Shown here piece after piece: positions 30,385-39,774 of a stretch of 64,000 bases of DNA (positions within the stretch are counted from its first letter, which is position 1; every line of letters begins with the position of its first letter). The stretch is taken from assembly GCA_944393215.1 (NCBI GenBank), contig CALXZL010000002.1:71239-135238 (forward strand). The letters are read 5' to 3'. Position numbers and translations under genes: made by a program. Origin of the DNA: an uncultured Alphaproteobacteria bacterium. GTDB lineage: Bacteria > Pseudomonadota > Alphaproteobacteria > RF32 > CAG-239. A model generated the notes under the pieces. That model had not been told where the DNA came from. It was given only the letters and a program-made list of their open reading frames with translations, and ran no database searches.

Positions 30385-31971
30385 ATGAATAATACTGTAA
30401 ATAAGCGCAAAACCTTTGCCATTATTTCGCACCCGGATGCCGGTAAAACCACTTTGACCGAAAAATTGTTGCTTTTCGGCGGTGCAATTCAACAAGCCGG
30501 AGCCGTCAAAGCTCGTGGAGAAAACCGCCATGCTCACTCTGACTGGATGAAGGTGGAGCAAGAAAGAGGAATTTCGGTTGCATCATCGGTGATGAATTTT
30601 GAATATAAAGATATTACTTTTAATTTGCTTGATACCCCCGGACACGAAGACTTCTCCGAAGATACCTACCGTGTGTTAACCGCGGTTGACTCCGCCGTCA
30701 TGGTTTTGGACTCCGCTAAAGGTATTGAAACCCAAACCAAGAAGTTGTTTGAAGTTTGCCGTTTAAGAGATGTGCCGATTTTAACCTTCATCAACAAACT
30801 TGACCGCGAAGGTTTGGATCCGTTTGTTTTGCTGGATGATATTGAAAAGACCTTGGCTTTGGAAGTCACACCTGCCAGCTGGCCGATTGGTATGGGTAAA
30901 GATTTCTTAGGCTGCTACGATTTATTGAACGACCAACTGATTTTGATGAACAAAACCGGAGATAAGTCGCAAATTAATGCCACGATTGAAACCTGCAAAG
31001 GCTTGGATGACAAAAAATTAGATGAATTGTTACCGGCTCACGCGGTTGAAAAATTGCGTGAAGACGTGATGATGATTAAAGAACTCTGCCCTGAGTTTTC
31101 TCTTGAATCCTATCTGGCAGGTATTCAAACACCGGTGTTTTTCGGCAGTGCCATCAACAACTTCGGTGTCAGAGAAGTTTTGGAAGGGTTACACAATATT
31201 GCCCCGACACCGAGAGAACATCCGGCAGTAGAAAGAGAAGTTAAGCCGGAAGAAAATAAAGTTACGGGTTTTGTTTTCAAGATTCAAGCCAATATGGACC
31301 CCAAACACCGTGACCGTATTGCCTTTATGCGTATCTGTTCCGGACACTTCAAACGCGGCATGACCTTAAACCAAGTTCGCACCGGTAAAGGGATTAAAGT
31401 TCCAACCCCTGTCATGTTCTTGGCACAAGAAAGAGAATTGGCGGAAGATGCATATGCCGGCGATATTATCGGGATTCCCAACCACGGACAACTTCGCATC
31501 GGCGATACCTTAACCGAAGGCGAAAAATTGCACTTCACCGGAATTCCGAGCTTTGCGCCGGAATTGTTGAAATCGGTTCGCGCGCTTGATCCGTTGAAAT
31601 CCAAACACTTGGGCGCAGCCTTACAACAAATTGCCGAAGAAGGCGGTGCCAGCGTGTTCAAACCGGTTGTCGGCTCGGAATGGATTGTCGGCGTGGTCGG
31701 GGCTTTGCAATTTGAAGTTATGGCAGATAGAATTCGTTCAGAATTTAATTTGCCGGTTGCTTTTGAACCCACACAATATTTCACCGCCCGTTGGGTTGAT
31801 TGCAAAGATAAGCAAAAATTGAAGAAGTTTATTGATGCCAACCAAGGCTCGATGGCAACCGACCATGACGGTGCCGATGTCTTTTTGGCAAGAAACGCAT
31901 GGCACTTAAACAAAGCTCAGGAAGATTTCCCCGATGTAGAGTTCAAGAAAACCCGCGAACAAATGTTCTAA
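30385..31971 (+). CDS. prfC: Peptide chain release factor 3
   Basis: FAIISHPDAGKTTLTEK, DTPGHEDFSEDTYR, NKLD, KIQANMDPKHRDR. Confidence 0.98.
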   Translation: MNNTVNKRKTFAIISHPDAGKTTLTEKLLLFGGAIQQAGAVKARGENRHAHSDWMKVEQERGISVASSVMNFEYKDITFNLLDTPGHEDFSEDTYRVLTAVDSAVMVLDSAKGIETQTKKLFEVCRLRDVPILTFINKLDREGLDPFVLLDDIEKTLALEVTPASWPIGMGKDFLGCYDLLNDQLILMNKTGDKSQINATIETCKGLDDKKLDELLPAHAVEKLREDVMMIKELCPEFSLESYLAGIQTPVFFGSAINNFGVREVLEGLHNIAPTPREHPAVEREVKPEENKVTGFVFKIQANMDPKHRDRIAFMRICSGHFKRGMTLNQVRTGKGIKVPTPVMFLAQERELAEDAYAGDIIGIPNHGQLRIGDTLTEGEKLHFTGIPSFAPELLKSVRALDPLKSKHLGAALQQIAEEGGASVFKPVVGSEWIVGVVGALQFEVMADRIRSEFNLPVAFEPTQYFTARWVDCKDKQKLKKFIDANQGSMATDHDGADVFLARNAWHLNKAQEDFPDVEFKKTREQMF

Positions 31972-31975
31972 GATT

Positions 31976-32002
31976 AAGAGCCTCTCGTTTGAGAGGCTTT
32001 TT
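31976..32002 (+). terminator. Terminator after prfC
   Basis: AGAGCCTCTC gttt GAGAGGCTTTTT. Confidence 0.8.
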
Positions 32003-32051
32003 CATTGATATAACATCAAAAATTTGGTAGAATAGGAAGTGGAGAAAGGAT

Positions 32052-33062
32052 ATGGAAGAAGATTACTTAAAATTTTATCACATATCGCGAGATGCCTCTG
32101 AACAAACCTCTGAAAAATTTTTAGAAAGAGGCATTGTTCCTAATGCCGGAATGGGATATGGAGGGCAAGCTCAAGGCTTTTATTGTTGGACCAGTGAAGA
32201 AAGAGCAAAAAAATATTATTGTTCTCTTGTAGTCGCTGCCGATGCTGAATGGGCTATGGAAAAATTTGGCATAGATATCAGATTAAAAGATGGAAATGCC
32301 CTCGAACTCGAAACCAAAATAAAAAAATCCGATATTCAATACCCCAATTGGCAATTAGATAATGAACAGCATGCCAATCCTAAAAGAGGAAGAGATCGCT
32401 CTGTTTTCTTTGAATTTTGGGAAAGCCAAAAAGAACATTTTCAAAATAAAGAATGTAATTTTACAATTAGCCCAAATTCTGATGAAGAATATCATGTCAA
32501 AGGGCTTAATTGGAACGAAGAAAAAAAATGCCCCATTATTATATATGAGAAAGAAGGAAAACTTGTTTCAGAAGATGTAGATTCAACAAAAGCCGAATAT
32601 TCTTTCCGCACACAAGCCATAAATGATTATTTATGCATCAACGCCCCCGAATATCAAAATGACTATAACCAATTAATCTTCGGCGTTGCTGAAAACAAAC
32701 CTGAGATTGAAATAAATGGGCATAAACTTCATACCAAAGACATCCCGATTAAATATTGTTCAACCGAGCCCTTGCAAGATATCAATGTATATAAATTACA
32801 CGGAGAAATTGCCTATGATCCGGACAATCAAAAACGCTATCTTGAAGAAAGCAATGACGAATATCAATGGGGTGAGTATAGAGTTAAAATACAAGAAGAA
32901 AAACTATCTAAATATACAAATTCTAATAGCCAATATTTGGAACAGGTAAAACAAAAACTCGCAAAACATAATAACAATTATTTGAATCAAACAAGTCAAC
33001 ATCAACAAAGCACTTTAGACATAAATGATATTATCAAAAATTCCAATATCTTAAACCGATAA
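32052..33062 (+). CDS. Hypothetical protein with an ADP-ribosyltransferase-like N-terminal signature
   Basis: KFYH...ERGIVP...GGQAQGFYCWTSEERAKKY; AAAGGA RBS. Confidence 0.65.
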   Translation: MEEDYLKFYHISRDASEQTSEKFLERGIVPNAGMGYGGQAQGFYCWTSEERAKKYYCSLVVAADAEWAMEKFGIDIRLKDGNALELETKIKKSDIQYPNWQLDNEQHANPKRGRDRSVFFEFWESQKEHFQNKECNFTISPNSDEEYHVKGLNWNEEKKCPIIIYEKEGKLVSEDVDSTKAEYSFRTQAINDYLCINAPEYQNDYNQLIFGVAENKPEIEINGHKLHTKDIPIKYCSTEPLQDINVYKLHGEIAYDPDNQKRYLEESNDEYQWGEYRVKIQEEKLSKYTNSNSQYLEQVKQKLAKHNNNYLNQTSQHQQSTLDINDIIKNSNILNR

Positions 33063-35079
33063 AATCACGTATGGTTTTAATTTTTATTTTATCTTTTTCA
33101 AAATAAATGCTGGCGCCTTCGGCTTGAGATGTATCAAATTTTTTGCCGTCAATTTCTAAGCGTTTATCTTTATGAAAACGAACGCGATTTTTATAAAGGC
33201 AAGACTTTTTATCACATACTAAATCAAGCCAAGACTTATCTGTCTTTTTACCTCGATAAATTTGATAAAGCTTGCGCCGTTCTTTTTCATCAAGCTTTTT
33301 ATTAGCAGTTTTCTCGAGCCACATCTGCTTGGTAAAATTGTTGCCGCGCGCAGGCAAAATCACCAAATCTCCCTGCTCGTCTTTCACGGCAAGTAAAGAT
33401 GCCTCATTATCCACCATAACATCCGGCGTTTTGACCGTAAAAATGCTCAACACACCGACAAGAATAACCACAAAGCCCCATTTGCGCCATGGCATATTCC
33501 ACAAACAGAGCCACAATCCGCCGAGAATAATCAGCGCGAAACCCCAAGTCGGCATGGATAGGACTTGATAACCCGAGTTTGGCAAAGCAGCCACATAGGC
33601 AGTGATATTATTGATAAGCCCTATTCCCCAGCCAACCAGTTTGAGCGGAAGCACATCCAAACCTAACGGCATTAGAATAAGTGCCAAAAGCACAAAAGGC
33701 ATCACAATCAAGCCGATAATCGGTCCGGCTAAGATATTGGTTAAACTTGTGTAGAGCGCAATTTTATTGAAATGATAAACGGCAAAAGGCGTAGTTGCCA
33801 AACTGGCAATAAAATCAGCCACTAAAATACCGATGAGATATGCCCAGATGTAGCGAAAAAATTTGACCGCTTTGCCGCTGTCAGGATTTCCGCGCAAAAA
33901 GCGTTGCAAAGCTCCGGCATATTTTTCATAAAAGGCAATCAAAGCCACCACGGCAGCAAAAGACATTTGAAAACTTGCCCCGATAAGTGCTTGCGGAGAA
34001 AAGAATAAAATGAACATTGCCGCCCAAGAGATTGTGCGCATCGAAATGGCTTTGCGCCCGATAAATATGCCCAAAACCACAATCAGATTCATAATAAATG
34101 CACGCTGTGCCGGAACTTGTGCACCTGAGATAAACAGATAAAATATGCTGATGAGGATTGCCATTATCGCCGCCGGCTTTTTAGAATCATAACGCAAAGC
34201 AAGTGGTGGAATAAAAGCCATAAACAAACGAACAAAGAAGAACATCAGTCCGGCAATCATCGTCATATGCAAGCCCGAGATTGAGAGAAAATGCGCCAAA
34301 CCGGAATCCCGATAATCTTGTATCACTTTGCGGCTGATAACCCCCTGCTCTCCGGCAACAATCGCCGCGGCAATCGAAGCTTCGTCAGAAGGAAGAATGG
34401 TGCGAATATGATTAATGATTTTGGCACGCAATTCATCAATATAGAAATTAAATTTTTCAGCAAAACTCGGTTGGGTTGAGCAATCAATTTCATAAACCGA
34501 ACTCATGGCAAAACCGTTGGCATCAATCTCTTCAAAATAGGCTTTGCGGTCAAACTGATAGCCGCCGATAATCACCGGTTTTCCGGCAGGCATCAAATTT
34601 GCCGCCATTTCCACGCATTGTCCGACCTTAAAGTCGCTTTTTTTCATACGTGTACTGACTTTGACCGTGCCAAAGCTCCGATTCTGTTCAAAATTTGATG
34701 TATCTTTAAGAATAAAGCGTTGAAAACCGCGATAATTATAGTCAATTTTGGTAATCATACCGCTGATATAAGTCAGTTCGGGCGATTTTATCTCTTTTGC
34801 TTTGTTAAGATAAGTAGCTTTGAGCTGAATATTGGCAAAGCCAAGTGCAATAACACCGATAATCATCAGAAAAATGAGAACTCTGATATGACGACGAAAT
34901 AAAATGGCTAAAAGAATAAGAGCTTCCAAAATTCCCAAAGTCCACCAAATGGAAAGCTCAAAAGGCATTTGAAAATAAAGCGCAATACCTAAACCAAACA
35001 GAACCGGCATCCACAAAAACCACCGATTCTGTTCTCCGACAAATTGTTCTTTTATATATAAAAAAATTTTATACATCAT
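33034..35079 (-). CDS. comEC: ComEC/Rec2 competence protein
   Basis: SGLAHFLSISGLHM, PAQRAFIM, SFQMSFAAV; many TM segments. Confidence 0.93.
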   Translation of the reverse strand: MMYKIFLYIKEQFVGEQNRWFLWMPVLFGLGIALYFQMPFELSIWWTLGILEALILLAILFRRHIRVLIFLMIIGVIALGFANIQLKATYLNKAKEIKSPELTYISGMITKIDYNYRGFQRFILKDTSNFEQNRSFGTVKVSTRMKKSDFKVGQCVEMAANLMPAGKPVIIGGYQFDRKAYFEEIDANGFAMSSVYEIDCSTQPSFAEKFNFYIDELRAKIINHIRTILPSDEASIAAAIVAGEQGVISRKVIQDYRDSGLAHFLSISGLHMTMIAGLMFFFVRLFMAFIPPLALRYDSKKPAAIMAILISIFYLFISGAQVPAQRAFIMNLIVVLGIFIGRKAISMRTISWAAMFILFFSPQALIGASFQMSFAAVVALIAFYEKYAGALQRFLRGNPDSGKAVKFFRYIWAYLIGILVADFIASLATTPFAVYHFNKIALYTSLTNILAGPIIGLIVMPFVLLALILMPLGLDVLPLKLVGWGIGLINNITAYVAALPNSGYQVLSMPTWGFALIILGGLWLCLWNMPWRKWGFVVILVGVLSIFTVKTPDVMVDNEASLLAVKDEQGDLVILPARGNNFTKQMWLEKTANKKLDEKERRKLYQIYRGKKTDKSWLDLVCDKKSCLYKNRVRFHKDKRLEIDGKKFDTSQAEGASIYFEKDKIKIKTIRDFIGLRYWNF

Positions 35080-35172
35080 GCAGACAATTTAAAATATTTT
35101 TATAACATTTGCAAAAATTTAATCTTTACTTGTGTAGAATATAGGCATCAGTTTTATAAAAGGATATATATC

Positions 35173-35592
35173 ATGAAAAAAATATTCATTATTGCCATGG
35201 CTTTGTCACTATCTTCATTTACAAACGCACATGCATCTTCAGCTCCACTAAATGAATATAATTGGCAAATGCCGAACACGAGCACACCGGCACGAGGACA
35301 AACGGTATCTGCAAGAAACATGATAGATGAATTTGGAAATCCGATTTCAGCAAATCAAGGAGGCTCTCCGTCATTACAGACATTACCAATATGCGAACAA
35401 AATTGTCCGGGCTTCAGCAGTGATATTACAGAGTGTTCTGACGGTTATCGTTTAATTTCTTGTCCTGTAACCGGTTGTTTTCAATATAACAAATGTGAAC
35501 CCATCCCTTGTGCTCCCGGATATGACACTTCTTATAAAGATTGTCCGATATATGTTCAGCCGGATAATTATTTATGCAGCAAATGCAAATAA
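35173..35592 (+). CDS. Secreted cysteine-rich hypothetical protein
   Basis: Signal peptide ending AHA; 10 Cys in the C-terminal half. Confidence 0.75.
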   Translation: MKKIFIIAMALSLSSFTNAHASSAPLNEYNWQMPNTSTPARGQTVSARNMIDEFGNPISANQGGSPSLQTLPICEQNCPGFSSDITECSDGYRLISCPVTGCFQYNKCEPIPCAPGYDTSYKDCPIYVQPDNYLCSKCK

Positions 35593-35598
35593 AAATTC

Positions 35599-35638
35599 AA
35601 AAAAAATCCGTCAGCAAATAAAGCCGACGGATTTTTTT
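35599..35638. terminator. Bidirectional terminator
   Basis: AAAAAAATCCGTC...GACGGATTTTTTT. Confidence 0.8.
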
Positions 35639-35639
35639 A

Positions 35640-35930
35640 TCAATTCCACACTTTGTTCATCAATTTGGAAGAAGCCTCTTGAATATTGTTCACAACAATA
35701 ATGTTGGGAACATGATATCGTTTGAGATACTCTTCCAGCCCACAAACGGTAACAACGGCACAAACATCCGCTGTCAGACAATTAACATCATAACAATTTG
35801 CAACAAAGCAGAGTTCATTTTGTTTAGCAGATTTAATCGCCGTCACACCTTCAATAAGATAATCTCTGTCACCGCAGAGAACAGTACCATTAATCATTTG
35901 AGCAATTTGCCCTAAACTAATTTGTTCCAT
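35640..35930 (-). CDS. Stand-alone protein resembling the LpxD N-terminal domain
   Basis: ISLGQIAQMINGTV..GD....IEGV..I.SA....LCFVAN; no hexapeptide repeats. Confidence 0.6.
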   Translation of the reverse strand: MEQISLGQIAQMINGTVLCGDRDYLIEGVTAIKSAKQNELCFVANCYDVNCLTADVCAVVTVCGLEEYLKRYHVPNIIVVNNIQEASSKLMNKVWN

Positions 35931-36160
35931 ATATATTAAGATTAAAAATGAAAATCAAATTAAAAGAAAACTGACATTTCACAATGGCAGCTTTCCAAAT
36001 GCAATGTAAAAAGATTTACTTAAATTAAAGTAACCAAAATAAATTAAAAGTACTAAAAAAAATTCGACACTCACGTGCGGAAATATATTCTAAAATTATA
36101 GTCAAAAATATAACAAAGTGAATAATGGATATACCAAAGACAAATAAAAATCAAGTAAAA

Positions 36161-37318
36161 TCACAACCCCTTATTATTTTTGATAATTTCAAAAATAATT
36201 TCAGCGGCATTTTGGCTCGGCGTTTGTTCTCCTTGCCCCAAAATTTTACGAACTTTTGCAAACCCCTCCATTTGACGATGATATAAATCTTCTTGCCGTA
36301 ATAATTCCAAAATATAATTACGAAGATTACCCTTCACACAACGTTCTTGCAAAAGTTCGGGAATAATTTCACGCCCAAGCAAGATATTTGAAAGATTAAC
36401 AAATTGAATATGCAAAAACTTCTTAGCCAGAAAAGCCGTTAAAGGAGCAACCTTATAGGCAATAATATGCGGAATATCACAAATTGCCAACTCCAAAGCC
36501 ACCGTTCCGGAAGCGGCAATGGCAGCAGACGAGGCTCTGAAAGCACCGTATCTGTCTTGTTGGATTTCCACCACCAAAACCGGAAGATTATATTTTTGAA
36601 GTTCTTGTTTGACCATATTGGCAACGGTTTTAACAGTCGGCAAAACAAAATAAAAATCTTTATCAGCATTATGAAGTTCTTGCGCCGCCTCCATAAAAAC
36701 CGGTAAAAGACGCGAAACTTCATTTTTACGAGAACCCGGAAGGATTGTGATGATTTTTTTATTTTCGGGAATATTAAATTTTTTTCGAAAAGCGCTTCCG
36801 TCAGCCGCAATTGCTTCACTCTCAATCACCGGATGTCCGACAAAACGGGCATCAAGTTTATAAGGAGTAAAATATTTAGGTTCATAAGGGAAGAGAGTCA
36901 AAAGGCAATCAATATATTTATACATGGTACGTGCGCGTTTTTTCTTCCAAGCCCAAACTTGCGGTGCCACGTAATGCACTTGCGGGATACCGAGTTTGAG
37001 TTTACGCAAGGCTTTATGGATACGAGAAGAAAAGCTCCAAGAATCTATTGTTACGACAACATCGGGCTTAACTTTTTGAATATCAGCAATAGTTTCTTTA
37101 ATATGTTTCAAAATCTTGGGAATACTGGGAATAACTTCGGTTAGCCCCATCACGGCTAAATCGGAAATATCGTAAAGAGATTTCAGACCTTCGGCTTCCA
37201 TAGTGTCACCGCCGACACCGTAAAACTCAATATTTTTATCTTTGCGGCGCATGGCACGCATCAAACGAGAACCGAGCAAATCGCCCGATGGTTCTCCGGC
37301 AATCAGATATATTTTCAT
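36161..37318 (-). CDS. lpxB: Lipid-A-disaccharide synthase
   Basis: AGEPSGDLLG, YVAPQVWAW, VGHP, LPGSR, SGTVALE, PELLQ. Confidence 0.96.
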   Translation of the reverse strand: MKIYLIAGEPSGDLLGSRLMRAMRRKDKNIEFYGVGGDTMEAEGLKSLYDISDLAVMGLTEVIPSIPKILKHIKETIADIQKVKPDVVVTIDSWSFSSRIHKALRKLKLGIPQVHYVAPQVWAWKKKRARTMYKYIDCLLTLFPYEPKYFTPYKLDARFVGHPVIESEAIAADGSAFRKKFNIPENKKIITILPGSRKNEVSRLLPVFMEAAQELHNADKDFYFVLPTVKTVANMVKQELQKYNLPVLVVEIQQDRYGAFRASSAAIAASGTVALELAICDIPHIIAYKVAPLTAFLAKKFLHIQFVNLSNILLGREIIPELLQERCVKGNLRNYILELLRQEDLYHRQMEGFAKVRKILGQGEQTPSQNAAEIIFEIIKNNKGL

Positions 37319-37321
37319 GAG

Positions 37322-38170
37322 CTATTCCTCACTCGCGTTCAAATAATCGGCAGGATCAATTCCGATTATAAATAAGCCTTCTTTGTTGGCATAATCAATC
37401 ACATTTTTTTCAGCAACAATCAAAGCATTTCCGGCATGAACAGCCACACCGCGCAGACCGGAGTTTTTGGCATTTTTAAGAGTATTGAGACCGATGGTCG
37501 GCAAGTCAATACGCATATCTTGTTGAGGTTTTCTGAGCTTGACCAAAACACCACCCTCACCTTTGCGCTTATATTCACCGCAACGCATAATGAGTTTATC
37601 TGTTCCTTCAATTCCTTCAACACCCAAAACCAAGCCTTGTTGCACGACAACCGATTGTCCGACATCAAGTCTGCCGAGTTCCAAACCAACCTCAACCCCG
37701 CGTTTAATATCGGCTTGTGCTTTTTTATCGGGTTTATGTTTGGTCAAAACCCCTGTTTTAACCAATAAATCGGGCATAACCTCATGCACACCTTTAACAT
37801 GCATACCGTCATGTTCAAACTCTTTAACCACGGCGCGCAAGATTCCGTCATCACCCAAAGATTTCATCCCGATTTTGGCAAAAAAAGCCGTCGTACGCAA
37901 ATCAGGCACCAATTCTTTAAAGCTCGGTCGTTTAATGGTACCGATCATCACCACATCCTGCACGTTTTCTTCCTTCAAACGTTTAAAACCGGATCCGGCT
38001 TGTCCCAAGCGTATCCAAGCATGAGGGATTGTGTCATTAACAAGATGTTCATCGGCATTACCATCAATCGCCAAAACAAAAAAGTCGCGATTTTGTTGTT
38101 GGCAATACTCAATCAACATCCGAGGAATATCTCCGCCGCCGGCAACGATACCGAGTTTACGTTCAAACAT
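37322..38170 (-). CDS. lpxI: UDP-2,3-diacylglucosamine diphosphatase LpxI
   Basis: LGIVAGGG, GDDGIL, DVGQSVV, EGIEGTD, KPQQDMRIDLPTIG; lies between lpxA and lpxB. Confidence 0.93.
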   Translation of the reverse strand: MFERKLGIVAGGGDIPRMLIEYCQQQNRDFFVLAIDGNADEHLVNDTIPHAWIRLGQAGSGFKRLKEENVQDVVMIGTIKRPSFKELVPDLRTTAFFAKIGMKSLGDDGILRAVVKEFEHDGMHVKGVHEVMPDLLVKTGVLTKHKPDKKAQADIKRGVEVGLELGRLDVGQSVVVQQGLVLGVEGIEGTDKLIMRCGEYKRKGEGGVLVKLRKPQQDMRIDLPTIGLNTLKNAKNSGLRGVAVHAGNALIVAEKNVIDYANKEGLFIIGIDPADYLNASEE

Positions 38171-38270
38171 AAAAACATCCTTACAATATTATAATAAAAT
38201 CAGAATAACCGGCAAAGCATACTTTTTCAAGTAAAACCATGCCGGTCATCACCGTAAAATTTGTGCAGGA

Positions 38271-39068
38271 TTAATCTGCCATCATAATTTTACGTTTTCC
38301 TTCCAAACCTTTAACAATGAAATTAATTTGTTCCATAACCATTTCATTGTCTTTAAATTTTTCTTTAGCTTGTTCCAAGCGTTCTTCAAAAGTACCTTCT
38401 TTTCCTTTGAACAAGAACATAAAAGCGCGAGAAATGGATTTTACCGTATGTTCATCAAAACCGCTGCGTTTCAAACCGACCACGTTCAAGCCGCGGAGTT
38501 TACCTCTGTCTCCGGTCACCATGCCAAACGGTATAACGTCACGATCAACACCGGACAATCCACCGACCATAGCTTTGCGCCCGATATGGCAGAATTGATG
38601 CACGGCAGAGTTTCCTCCCATAATAACGCCGTCATCCAAATGGACATGTCCGCCGATAACGGCATTATTCGTCATAATCACACCATTTCCGACCACACAA
38701 TCATGAGCAATGTGAGAGTTAATCATAAACATACAATCATCTCCGACTGTTGTGGTAAAATGCTCCTTCGGTGTTCCGGCATGCATGGTAACATTTTCTC
38801 TGATGATATTACGTTTACCGATAATAAGTTTGGCTTCCTCCTTAAATTCATTACCATGGTCTTGAGGACCAGCTCCCAAAACGGCACTGGGGAAAACGAT
38901 TGTTCCTTCACCTATTGTTGTATCCCCCATCACGGTAACACGCCCGAGAAGTTGTACGTTCTCACCGATTTTAGCACGAGAACTAATCCAACAAAGAGGA
39001 CCGATTTTTGCACTTGCAGCAATTTGAGCACCATCTTCAATAACGGCAGTTGGATGAATATTTGTCAT
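38271..39068 (-). CDS. lpxA: Acyl-ACP:UDP-GlcNAc O-acyltransferase
   Basis: IHPTAVI, PQD, IRENVT, HIAHDC, GHV, VHQF, GLNVVGLKR. Confidence 0.96.
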   Translation of the reverse strand: MTNIHPTAVIEDGAQIAASAKIGPLCWISSRAKIGENVQLLGRVTVMGDTTIGEGTIVFPSAVLGAGPQDHGNEFKEEAKLIIGKRNIIRENVTMHAGTPKEHFTTTVGDDCMFMINSHIAHDCVVGNGVIMTNNAVIGGHVHLDDGVIMGGNSAVHQFCHIGRKAMVGGLSGVDRDVIPFGMVTGDRGKLRGLNVVGLKRSGFDEHTVKSISRAFMFLFKGKEGTFEERLEQAKEKFKDNEMVMEQINFIVKGLEGKRKIMMAD

Positions 39069-39142
39069 AATTTAAACCTTTCAAAACATTAAACATATCA
39101 ATAAAATATTTTTTTATAAAATAAAAGTAAACACAAAAAAAC

Positions 39143-39721
39143 TTACAAATTATTACTATTCTTATAGACATAAACCTTCAAAGGCATACCATAAGATTTT
39201 GCATCAAAAACTTCTGACGGTGTTAAGTCTTTGAGTTCAAAAGCCGAAGAAATAATCATGGTATCGGGTTTAATCTCCTGACTAACCTTAAGAGACAACT
39301 CATTTGCAGCTTTTGTATCTAAAAAACACAACAATAAATCATAATCTTGCAATTTAGCTTTTAAGAAATTATCACAAACAACAGCAAGATTAGTCAATTT
39401 CCGAGCGCGCCATTTCAGAATTTGACAAACAAAAAAATCCCAATCATAACCAACAAATTGATGCTCGGGAAATTTCTTTGCCAGAGGCAAGAGCAAGCCT
39501 CCGGTACCACAACCCAAATCAATAACCTTAAGCGGCTTATCGGCAGTGCTTAAAAATTTTTCCGCTTCATTGAGGGCAATTTTTTTCATATTTCCGAAGG
39601 AAGGAAAAGCCGGCGGATACTTACAATTTTTGGAAATAATAACGGCATAAATAAAATAAAGCTCAAATGCAATACAAAGAACCGTTAAAACACAACCGAA
39701 CAGCAATAAAAAAATATCCAT
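39143..39721 (-). CDS. Membrane-anchored class I SAM methyltransferase
   Basis: N-terminal TM segment, PAFPS, IDLGCGTG. Confidence 0.82.
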   Translation of the reverse strand: MDIFLLLFGCVLTVLCIAFELYFIYAVIISKNCKYPPAFPSFGNMKKIALNEAEKFLSTADKPLKVIDLGCGTGGLLLPLAKKFPEHQFVGYDWDFFVCQILKWRARKLTNLAVVCDNFLKAKLQDYDLLLCFLDTKAANELSLKVSQEIKPDTMIISSAFELKDLTPSEVFDAKSYGMPLKVYVYKNSNNL

Positions 39722-39774
39722 ATTTTCCTCTCTTAAAAATATGGATATTTTATATAGATATGTTTTATAAAAGC

